Assembly: GCA_946965045.2 (NCBI GenBank)
Contig: OX337240.1
Coordinates: forward strand, 2,728,001-2,792,000
DNA length: 64,000 nt
Source: Epithemia pelagica
Lineage: Eukaryota > Protista > Bacillariophyta
Direction of reading: 5' to 3'
Shown here: piece by piece, positions 46,830-57,800 of the stretch
Layout: every line of letters starts with the position of its first letter
How positions within the stretch are numbered: position 1 is the first letter of the stretch
Made by a program: the position numbers and the translations under genes
The notes under the pieces: generated by a model
What the model was told of the DNA's origin: nothing
Databases searched by the model: none
Seen by the model: the letters and a program-made list of their open reading frames with translations, nothing else

Positions 46830-48365
46830 TCATGGATCACCACCACGACGACGACGCCACCCAATTGCAATGGTCGTACACAACAGGACGACGACTGTCA
46901 GAACGGGTCGAATCAAGTGTCCATCCATACAGTCGGCCGCGGTCCATTTGGCAGCCGTCGTAGTGTCATCTTCCTCAACGTCGAGCGACAAGAGACCCGT
47001 CGAAAGGACCGCCTTTCCTGACGTGGCATCGTGAATCGAAACCTCCACCTGTCGACTCGTCCAATTCACGAGCAATTGTCCAAAATTGCGACCGGCAAAA
47101 TAACCGTTGTAGCGATGTTGGTGAAACCACGACAACAATCCATCGCAGAGGAACCATCCATACCATCCGGCCTTGCGACACGTGTGCGTCAATCCGGACG
47201 ACGTGACTTCGACAATGCGAGGCAATTGTGGTTCTTGTGGTTCATTGGATTGTTGGGAGGAAGCACCGCGACGGGGACCGAGAATTTCAGCGGAATGGAC
47301 ATCGCCCGACACCACCACCACACGACTTTGACAAGATTCCAACAACTCCAACAAGCGTTGTCGTTCGGAGGGATACTGACCCCAACTTTCCACGACTGGA
47401 TTGGTCGTCCACACTTGAATGCTACTCACCACAACCATCAGGGACGCCGGCGAGTGTTGCACTTGCTGCTCGAGCCACGTCCATTGTTCGGGGCCCAAGA
47501 TCGTGGCTTTGCGATTCCGACACCACCCCGCAAACAATCCGGCCACCATCCATCGTGTGACACAGGCCAAGCCGGCCGCCAAGCTCGAGGGCAACAGGGA
47601 GGATGCCAGGGGCCACGTGGCGAAACTGGAAATGCCACAATGATCGTCGCGATGCCATCGCGTATCCAACAAGAGCAAGTGCACCAGTTTGTTCTTGTTC
47701 CTGTTGTTGTTGTTGTTCGCTTCGTTTGTTTCATTGTGGTTGCCCCAGAGAATGGACGCATAGGTACCATTGCGTGATTTCAAGTGGGGAAGCGTGGACA
47801 AGGGTTCGCCCAAAAATTGTCGAAACAATCGAGCTCGGTCGTGCTTGTCGGGCATGGCCTTGCCATAATCGTTGCCTCCATAATCGTGATCGTCCCAACT
47901 GCCCAAAACCACGAGTGGAGTTGTGGTAGTAGTGTTTTCCAGTGCTTGTTCTTGTCGTTGAGCTATCGCTGGACCGTAGCCAATCGTGGTATTGAGCGGA
48001 TCCTTCATTTTGGTATATTCGTCTTGCAATTCCGTCAAGGAAGCAATGCCTGGTACGGGTGGATAAATGGCATCGCCCGTCCACACCCATACTTGAGGCA
48101 ACAGAGATTGCTTGTTGTCGGTGGTATTGTCAATGTGTTGGTTGTGCAAAATCAAGGGCCACAAGTCCGGACGGGCATATTTCGTCTTGTGACAACTGCC
48201 AAAGCGCAAATGGGTCAATGGCGACGACATGTGCCAATCGACGGCTCGGGTGCTTGTCGGAAGCAGCAACAGCAGCAGCAGCAACCACCGCCAAACGACA
48301 CTCCATTCACGGAAGGATCCTTGTCTCGTAACGGATGGGAGGATCCAGCAGCATGGTTGCGACAT
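46830..48365 (-). CDS. phoD: PhoD-like alkaline phosphatase, signal peptide and C-terminal membrane anchor
   Basis: RFGSCH, WTGDAIY, WDDHDYGGND, LDTRWHR, SGDVH, EVTSSGL. Likely start MSQP at 48365 (frame open from 48533). Confidence 0.9.
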   Translation of the reverse strand: MSQPCCWILPSVTRQGSFREWSVVWRWLLLLLLLLPTSTRAVDWHMSSPLTHLRFGSCHKTKYARPDLWPLILHNQHIDNTTDNKQSLLPQVWVWTGDAIYPPVPGIASLTELQDEYTKMKDPLNTTIGYGPAIAQRQEQALENTTTTTPLVVLGSWDDHDYGGNDYGKAMPDKHDRARLFRQFLGEPLSTLPHLKSRNGTYASILWGNHNETNEANNNNNRNKNKLVHLLLLDTRWHRDDHCGISSFATWPLASSLLPSSLAAGLACVTRWMVAGLFAGWCRNRKATILGPEQWTWLEQQVQHSPASLMVVVSSIQVWTTNPVVESWGQYPSERQRLLELLESCQSRVVVVSGDVHSAEILGPRRGASSQQSNEPQEPQLPRIVEVTSSGLTHTCRKAGWYGWFLCDGLLSWFHQHRYNGYFAGRNFGQLLVNWTSRQVEVSIHDATSGKAVLSTGLLSLDVEEDDTTTAAKWTAADCMDGHLIRPVLTVVVLLCTTIAIGWRRRRGGDP

Positions 48366-49099
48366 GATGTTCGATTCGCAATCGTCGTCGTTTTGGTTGT
48401 TGTTGTTGTTTGGAAGGCAACACAGCAAAAGAAAGGAAATGGTCTCTTCGCTGCGTTGGACTTTTGTCTCTAGAATATACAAGCTACGATATTGCTGGTA
48501 TGTTTGTTTGGTGGATTGATTGGATGGTTGCATGAGGGGTGTACCGCTGTGTCAGGTATCTGGAACGTAAAACTGTGGATGGATCACGCCCTAGCGCCTG
48601 GGATTCAGAGGACGAAACTTGAGGACGATGCTCGAGGGAGTTTCGGAATGTTTAGCGCTGGGACGTAAACCTGTGATGTACCACCCCCTAGCGCGGTTGT
48701 TGCGTAGGTAAAGGTTTATTATTAGGCCCCCTTTACCTAAAGGGTGAGTCGTGGGGTTTCGTGATTCGGCTATGGACTCCTCCGAATCTACGGGATCACA
48801 TATCATTATAAGCCGAAACCACAACACAGCGTGACCCACTTCTTGATTGTCGGCTATGGGAACAATGCCGCCATGGTTCATACCACAACAATGAGGACAT
48901 TACTCGTATGGGACTTGGCGACCAAACGCCTTTCAGGTGGGGAATCGTCGCCTTGGCATCACTGTGGAACCATGTAAGTCGTCACGTTTAGTCAGATCAT
49001 ACTACTCACATATCGTTGACCAACGACGGTGGCCACGGTCCAGAGTAAAACCCTGCCTACGGACATCGAATCCACCTATTCTTGCTTCCGCCCGTTGAG

Positions 49100-52000
49100 A
49101 AAGTGCAAATCATCATCCGCGCGTTGCGTAAAGGAGCCACAAAAGTACACTCGGTTGCTCATAGATGCAAGGCGTGGATAATGATTTGTACTCGAACAAC
49201 ACGGCGAAAGAAAGGATATTGGTACTCACCCTCTTTTTGTTTCGTTTCTGTTGAACCTATATCAACATCAGATCAATGGGAAAAAATCAACCATGAGGTG
49301 AGTCACAGATTCGTTGTATCGATCATGACTTACTTTGGCAACATATGAAAGGAATCCAGGAATTGGTCCTTTTCGTCGGTCGTAACACCACACATTATGC
49401 AGAAGTGAGGAGACAAAATAGGGTTCGGACTGTTGAACAAGACGCATGCATGCGTCGGAGTCTCGTGTTTGGAGAAATAGAGCAAAGAACAATCGAAACG
49501 TTGAACACATGGGCCATGAAATACACTCGATAGCTCATCGATTGAAGGCTCGAACTATGACTTGCTCAACCCCCTCCGTTCGGGAGAAACCATCGGACAG
49601 ATTGATCACCATCCGAACACGAGGGTCTCTTTTCTCTGGAACAAGGGCATATCATCATCCGAGCGTGGAAAAGACGAGCAATGAAATTGACTTGATTGCT
49701 TGAAGAGTCAATGTTTGGTCAAGGACTTGTAGTAGCCCCAGATGAATCTGAGGCTATCCGAAAAAGTGTCGCTGTCACAATTCCTCTTCCATGCTTCAGA
49801 CACTGCTTCGGTATTCGTCTTGTATGACAAGAGCAAGGATGGCCACATTGCGAGAATAAGGTTTCCCAGAAAATGGGCGACCTTTGTGGCACTTCTACGG
49901 ACTGTCTTGAACCGGCATCTCAATGAACTATCTTCTGGACAACTACGTCGGTAAAAAGAATGCTCGGGAAAGAGGTCTCTTCACGACCTTAGAAGGAATA
50001 TGCGTGCGTTCCAAGTCCCAAGGCACGGTACTTGTCGGGCTCTTGTCAGCTAATCCAGTGTTATGTCTGCTTCAAGGAATGGTTCTAACCAGAGGGTGTG
50101 ATTGGTCTTCTGGTCTTATGGATAACGTTCCGCCAATCTATTCGTCGAAAAACCTGCTCGGGAGAGAGGCCTCATCACGCCCGAACAGGGAGTACGCATA
50201 CCGTCATGCTGTAATGTTTGTCGGGCTCTTGTCAGGTTATCCAAGGCTGGCGCCTGCTTTCCAGACTGATTCTCGGGAAGGCGCGGTTTCCGTCACTGGA
50301 ATGAACATTGTGATTTCTCGGTCACCGTTAGAGCAACCAGATGCTTCAAGAGAAAATATCAGTTCAGGAGATCGACACGTACCATACCACGATTTCTCGG
50401 TCACCGATTGAACAAGCAGATGCTTCATTATCAGTTCAGGAGATCGACACGTACCTTACCACCAAATGAACGGACCTTTGCGTTAGTCAGCATTCGATGC
50501 GATGTGTTGAAGCACTTTGCCTTACCGGTGAAGGTCTGTGAGCATCACTTTCATATCTTCACCAGCTCATCACGTATTTCTATCTTTTCGAATCGACACG
50601 GTGTGTCAACTTGGACGACAACAGTTCTTTCAGATCATCTGGTATTACACATTCCAACCGGTGCTTCCATTTCCGACGACAAAGACTCTTTCATGGAAGG
50701 GTCACCACTTTCCCCGCGCATTCCCGAGTACGTTGAATACATGGCATCGGTCGAAGCGGTGATGTGGGGGATAAGAGAGCGACCCACACTTGACTAGAAG
50801 CCACTGGCTTCATTTTGCTTCTACGTACCTTCCACTTTCAATATGGCAATCCGCTGCGGCTTCTATAACAAAGTTGATGTTCTCTTGTCCAATGGTCAAT
50901 TCTTGACGACAACGTCTCTTGACCACATTCGGAGCTTCAAGACAGCGTATCTTTGTGTGGTACCGACGGCAACTCGTTCGCGCCGTATGGAGTGAAGAGG
51001 TAATTGTGGGCTATTGCGAACTATGTGCCTCAAAGAAGAAAAGTTGGTAGATATCTCATTCTTCGCGAAACTATGCGAAAACCACAGCCATGAGACATAG
51101 TTTTCATAGCTAGAGGATCCGTGACCTTCTTGGGACCATGATCTCTTGGCAAGCACGAAGGATTTCTCAACAATGCAAGAAGGATATGTGGAATAGTGGT
51201 TTTCGGTCGTATATTGAGCAAGACCGGATGCGTGAGCTGGATGAACAGAAGAGTGTAGATAGCTGCAAGTCAAAACATGACAAGCTAGAAAAAAGAGAAA
51301 TCGTCGTTGCTCCCACCACCGGGACAATGGCTGGTTTCCTAATAAGTCACAACAAAAGGTAAAAGACGATCTACATTATGATATACATCACAAAAGGTAA
51401 AAGAAGATTTACATTATGATCAGTTTTAGTCCCCCAAAAGATGTGCTCGCCAGAGATGGTGAAACACACTCTCTATTGTGCCGTATAGTCCACGCATGTA
51501 CATGCATAGGAGTAGCCCTATAGAACAGCTCGTATATGGACCAATGAATAATTTGTTTGGCCTAAAACGATGAATAATCAATTCCCAGAGAGCCCGTGAC
51601 GCTTATCATAATCAAGTGATTTTGGAGCATCTAGAAGCCGATAATGATATTACGTTGCACTTCTGACTTCTGACGGCTGCTATTGTCAAGCAGCAATGGT
51701 GAGCAATGAAAAGTTAGTAGTAACACGGCGAACGAAAGGGTATTGGTACTCACCCTCTTTTGTTGTTTCCTTTTTATTGAACCTATGTCAGCATCAGATC
51801 AATGAGAAAAACGCAACCATCTCACAGATTCAATGTGTCGATCATGACTTACTTCGGCAACACATGAAAGGAATCCAGGAATTGGTGAGGAGACAAAAAA
51901 AGGGCTCGGACTCTCGAACACGACACACACAGTCTCTTGATTGAAGGAATAGGAGCAAAACACTATCGAAACGTTGGAAAAATGAGCCATGAAATACACT

Positions 52001-53120
52001 CGATAGCTCATCGATTGGAGGCTCGAACTATGATTTGCTCGGCCCCCTCCATTCGGGAGAAACCATCGGACAGGTTCTTGGTCACAATCCGAACAAGAAG
52101 GTCTCTCTTTTCTGGAACAAGGGCAAGTCATCATCCGAGCGTGGAAAAGGCGAGCACATAATAGACTTGATGGCTTGAAGAGTCAATGTTTGGCCAAGGA
52201 CATGCACTAGCCCCAGATGAATCTAATTCTGTCCGTCAAACTTGAAAAGTCTCGCTCACACAATTCCTCTTCCATGCTTCAGACACTGCTTTGGTATTCG
52301 TCTTGTATGACAAGAGCAAGGATGACCAGATCGCGAGAATATTCACACGACAAGGTTTCCCAGAAAATGGGCGACCTTTGTGGCACTTGTGCGGACTGTC
52401 TTGAACCGGCATCTCAATGAACTATCTTCTGAACAACGTTCAACCAATTACGTCGATGAAAATAATGCTCGGGAAAGAGGTCTCTTCACGACCTTAGAAG
52501 GAATATGCGTGTGTTCCAAGGTATGGTACTTGTCGGGCTCTTGTCAGCTAATCCAATGTTATCTCTGTTTCGAGGAATGGTTCTAACAAGAGGGTGCGAT
52601 TGGTCTTCTGGATAACGATCCGCCAATCTATCGTCGAAGAACCTGCTAGAGAGAGACGACTCATCACGCCATAACAGGGAGTTTGCATACCTTTCAGGCT
52701 GTGATGTTTGTCGAACTCTTGTCAGGTTATCCAAGGCTGTGCCTGCTTTCCAGACCTGGTTCTCGGGAAGGCGCAATCGCCGTCACTAGAATGAACATGT
52801 TGATTTCTCGGTCACCGATTGAGCAAGCAGATGCTTCAATATCAGTTCAGGAGATCGACACGTACCACGAAATGAACGGACCCTTGTGTTCGTCAGCATT
52901 CGATGCGGTATGTTGGAGCACTTTACTTTATCGGTGAGGGTCTGTGATTGTCAATTTCATATCTTCACCAGCTTCATCACGTGTTTCTTTGTATCCGAAT
53001 CGACATGGTGTGTCAACTTGGACGACAACAGTTCTTTCAGATCATCTGGTATGACACATTCCAACCGGTGCTTCCATTTCCAACGACGATGAATAAAGAC
53101 TCTTTGTCGTCGAAGGGTCA
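49100..53120 (+). repeat. Decayed tandem macro-repeat, period about 2.5 kb (51720-53120 repeats 49195-50705)
   Basis: Collinear blocks, e.g. AACACGGCGAA...GGTACTCACCCTC at 49196 and 51722 and GATCATCTGGTAT...GGGTCACC at 50634 and 53040. Palindrome copies at 49105, 49482, 49647, 51955 and 52123. Confidence 0.85.
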
Positions 53121-53179
53121 CCAGTCACCGGAAAAGGCTTTTCCTAGAGAGGCGGAGGAACAACGAGGAAGGGAGGAAA

Positions 53180-53240
53180 ACGGTTTGACCTAAAATCCTA
53201 AACTCCTTCCCCCCTCAAATAGGATTTTAGGACAAACCGT
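53180..53240. other. 21-bp stem hairpin (one mismatch, 19-nt loop)
   Basis: ACGGTTTGACCTAAAATCCTA (53180-53200) pairs with TAGGATTTTAGGACAAACCGT (53220-53240). Confidence 0.8.
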
Positions 53241-53865
53241 GTTGACCCCCAATTTAACCTAAACTTATTCGTAGTCTGACCTTCGTAGGAGCTAGCACCT
53301 CTATGTAGGTTCCGAATGAAGTCAAGATTCCCACGAGAATTTGTCAATGCGATCCCATTTTTCCCGAACAATGCCAACGGAAGATCAAACCAAGCGAAGA
53401 AGATCAAGGATATGATCGCGGCACAGGAATTGTCCACTGCGGCTGTATTGTAGTCCCAGCTGCAGAGACTTCCAGTGCTGCAATGCAGTGCATTGAAACA
53501 ATGGGAGACAAGCTTGATGTCGTTCTCCAAGCCATCCAGTTCTATAGAAAACATGCTAGAGTAGAACTAATGAGGATTCGGTCTGTTGCTAGTCATGTAC
53601 TTCTTCCTTATCATCATTTTCCTCTACTTCTTGTTCTTCATCAAATTGTTCATCATCAGAGCGGCTTGTTGCATTAGGTTTTCGCTCGACATGTCAGCTG
53701 AGCTACACCGCCAACCAAGCCGCAGTAGACCACGGATCCAAAACTTGTCGTTAACCCTGACATCACAAGAGCAGCCAGAAAGCATAGCCACGAGCATACG
53801 GATGAATTTGTCATGGCGATAGTTTGCCAAGGCACCCAAGAAACAAGACCATGGTTTGGACCAAG

Positions 53866-54630
53866 TTAAAGTACGGCTAGCTATAGACCTAGAACTACCT
53901 TTCGAAGAACAACACCTAGACTCTATGAGAGTACACGTCTACCATGACATAGCTGTGCCATCTGTCCTGCAAGCTTGTGCGAACACGTGCGTGGACGGCT
54001 GACGAAGCTGTGCCCATGTATGTGACATGTCCGAGCCTGCGGCACAATGTTCCCTCTCTGAATAACCCTGGTGTTTTGTGATACACATTTACATATGCCC
54101 ACTACTATCTACGACAGGCAAAAGCCGGACGAGCTCCACTCGGAAGCAAAGTCCAGGCTATGTCTCACCTAAAACATACACGTCTCCAACTTACAACAAG
54201 ATTCACCAAAGGATCATGGATACTTGGTTCAAGCCAATAGTTCCGCCTTTATCCCTCACAGTTTGAGTATATGGAACAGGTTCTATGCACTAAGAGAACA
54301 GGTTCCATTAGTCCCTAAACGTAGAGCGTCTGTAGCGCCTTACCTAGAAGTCAAAGATGTTTCTTCACCGGGCCCAACGATTCGGGAAAAGTAAACTCTT
54401 TATGACTGAAAGGAAGTAATGAAAGAGCAATCATGAGAAACAAACACTTTCGATAGAATAAGCTCACTTCTTATAAAAACCTGAAAGTTGTAAGCAACCT
54501 TTAGGAAGGAGTCAACCATACTAACCTAGTACAAGGTGAGGGCCCCATCGTGTACCGAGTGAACTGGTTGACTACAGAAGTTCAGAGCACTAACCATCAC
54601 GTCTTACGTTAGTTTTTCTACATACATTAA
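53866..54630 (+). repeat. 5' LTR (about 765 bp)
   Basis: Matches 63590 onward as far as the window edge. Terminal imperfect IR TTAAAGTACG...CATACATTAA (8/10), followed after 2 nt by the PBS. Confidence 0.8.
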
Positions 54631-54632
54631 GT

Positions 54633-54645
54633 GGTTATTGAGCCC
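54633..54645 (+). promoter_or_regulatory. Primer-binding site of the initiator tRNA-Met half-molecule type
   Basis: GGTTATTGAGCCC equals the Ty5/copia-type GGTTATGAGCCC plus one extra T. Confidence 0.7.
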
Positions 54646-54892
54646 AAAGAGGCTGACGAACCGTACGCCTCCTCTATCGTATTGCCGACAAGACCGACGG
54701 ACCGAACCAACCTCTCTTCAGTGTGAATTATTGTATTCATCAGGAAGGGAACGACGAATCTCCATTGCTACGTGGTTATCGACCCACTAGCATCCAACCA
54801 AGCGCGCCGGAAGCCATCAAGGCTCCAACCAAGGTACCAACACGAGCGACGAGGACTCACCAACTTCCAGTGGTGCAGGAAGCTTCGACCTC

Positions 54893-57800
54893 GTGTCCAT
54901 ACCAGGTGACGAAGACACCGTATCCAGTACCGTTGATCTTCCAACACCTGTAGCCAATCCGACGAACGAAGACGCCCTTGTTGACGAACAAGGACAGAGC
55001 ATTGCTGCTTCGGAATCGCAGATTGTTGAGTCTCCACCAGGTCCATCTAACAACGACACCCAACATCAGGGTTTGATTGTTGCATCTCAACGACAAAGAA
55101 GGAAGACCACCATGAGTGACGAGACTCCTACTCCTCCACCCGGTATCGATTACCGCCCCGACCCGCCGAAGATTGGCGGACTGGTCCGAAGCAAGAAGGA
55201 CGAATGGGTGGCCTGGACTGGAGGAAAACCCACGTACAAGTGGGATGGGTTAGAGGTAAAGGCGACAGAACCACTGCGAACGATGCAGATACGTACCCTG
55301 ACCGACAAGAAATACTACGATCGTATCTCCGGGCCTGACGAAAAGTACAGCAAGAAGACCGGTGATTTTAGCCGTCTCCAGGATGAAATCAAGCAGCACT
55401 TGATTAAACACGGCATGGATTCGATCGCATACCTCCCCAATCCTCATGATCCCAAAGACATGTTGTTCATTGTAATCGAGCACCCAAAATATACGATGAG
55501 CAAGGTGAAGGAATTGATGAAGACGCAGATTGTGAGTTATGACAAGTACGACAGAAACAACGACGTCAGTGCCCAGGACTACTTACTGGACTGTCTGGAA
55601 AAGTCCTTTAGGCACGAAGTTGAGGACCAGAGTCGGGAAGTGACGTGCTTCCCCGAGCTCTTCATGGTCCTTGTCACCATCGTGACACATGATTCCCCGC
55701 AGCACTGGGAACAAGTGAAGCACGAGATGCGAGCTCTTGTGCCTCACAAGTACCCTGGCCACGATATTATGGCGTTGACTAAAGATTTTTCGGAAAAAGC
55801 GCGACCGTTGATCGCAGCTGGACAGTACGACCACACTCTGACTGGGAACCTCCTAGCTAACATCCTCAAGACTGAATGGCCTGACACACCTAAGTTCGAC
55901 CTACTTACTCTGAACAAGCGTGTCAATGACGGTATTATCCATATTCGGTTTCTAGATCGCTCTATCGGAGACAGTCATATGAAGAAAGAGCGTCTTTTGT
56001 ACACAGATGTTATCGAAGAGGCGAACAAGAAGTACCTAATCTGTGTCAAGGAAGGTGAATGGTCACCTAAACGAAGTTCTCCTGATTCTAAATCCGTCCC
56101 CTCGTCGTTCACCGCTAACAAGGCTACCGTTTCGAAGACTAAGAAGAAACGGCATTCTATTATGACTCAAGCTAGTCTTAATGCACTCATTCAGACACTT
56201 CGAAACCCGCCGGGTTCCAATCCGACTCCAAGCAATGGACCAAACACCCAGCCTGGCTCCAATCACCGCGACAGGAAGGGAAAGCCGATTCACAAGCGTA
56301 ACAACACTCGCGTCGATCGATCGCAGGCTCACCCTTGGAAGAAGATCCCTCCTGCTCCTGGTGCACCTGAGCAGCAGACGATCCAGGGTCAGCGGTGGTT
56401 CTGGTGTGGTGTTTGTACCCGTTGGAACACCTCTCACACCACGGCAAACCATATTGTTGGGTATAAAAAGTCTCCTGGCGACAAGGACAAAGCAAAACCT
56501 CGGAATGCCACCCATGCGAAGAAACTTGAACTCGAAGTATCCGCTTGGCAGACCGAATTCGATCTCGACCAACTTGATCCTCCTGCCTTGCCCGTCGCTG
56601 CTTTACCCGACTGTATGTCCCTTGCCTCTGTGGATTGTTGCGAAGCTCTGATGAATGATGATGATGATTGTTGCGATTCGGTTGATTGTTGCAAGGACAC
56701 CGTCGACCACTACGTCTTCTTCACCATTTGGGACATGTCACCATCCGATGACAGCTCGTCCATGGACTGCAGTTCCACCAACTCTGGAAACGACGATGAT
56801 GACACTGACCGGACACCGCCTATTCCGTTTGACGAATTGCGCCGCATCCTGTCACCCAACAACAATGAACCAACCGCCACCAATCACAACGATAGCGACC
56901 ACAAGGATGATGACAATGAACCATGCACTTGCAACACAGAAACAAAAGAAAAGAAAACAAGCACAAATAATGAAACAGTCTCGATCTGTCGACCTCACAA
57001 GGACGATGACAGCTCCACTGAAAGTGAAGACAACGAAGATGAGTATGCTGATATGCCACCACTTGTGGCACAAAAACTCACACCAGTTGTGGCAAACAAA
57101 GACTTACCGAGCTCGGCAAGTAACAAGGAAGAAGAACAAGAAAAGAAAAAGGGAAAGTTGAGTGGATCGCATGCCAAGACACTGTACTTCGACAGGTGGG
57201 ACGACATCGATATGTGGTACGGCAGTGACCACAGTCCCACAGACCAACGTACCTTCTCTAGCGTTGAAGCCAACGCAGCTGTGCACGACAAAAGCTTCGA
57301 CAGCACCAAGATCAAGCAGGAGGACGAACAGGATAGTGATGAGAATGCTGGTGGTTTGGACACAACCATGGATACACAAGAAGGATCGCTTATCAGCCAT
57401 GACAACAGCAGCGACCTTACCCACCTCAAGAACCTGCAAGAAGGACTCCTGGACGACTCGAAGCCGCCAGCTCTTCGGCGACCCGAGATCTCACCGGTGA
57501 CGAACCCGACGCCATTGCGCCATGACCAATTCCCGACTCCTGCCACTGAAGCTCTCGAGCAGTGGACTCGAGGTTTTGTACCTCGGCCACGTCCACGTGA
57601 TCCACGCATCTCCATCGAGCAAGAAGCCAACACAGCAAAAAGAGATGGAATGAGGTACGAAAGGGCGCAGTACACGGTGTACGCTCTTCGACACCAAGAA
57701 CCAGAACTTACCGTGGCTGTCGCCTACCAGCGAGTCAAGGACGAAGAATGGTTTGTGGGATGGTTCATTGATGGAACCAGAATCCCGAACCATCCGAATC

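Noticed and set aside
53180-53240. Helitron 3' terminus
   Set aside because: The stem is AT-rich and longer than typical, and no CTRR lies about 10 nt downstream on either strand.
53198-53839. ORF fragments left of the Copia
   Set aside because: Could be a decayed gene, but no identifiable domain.
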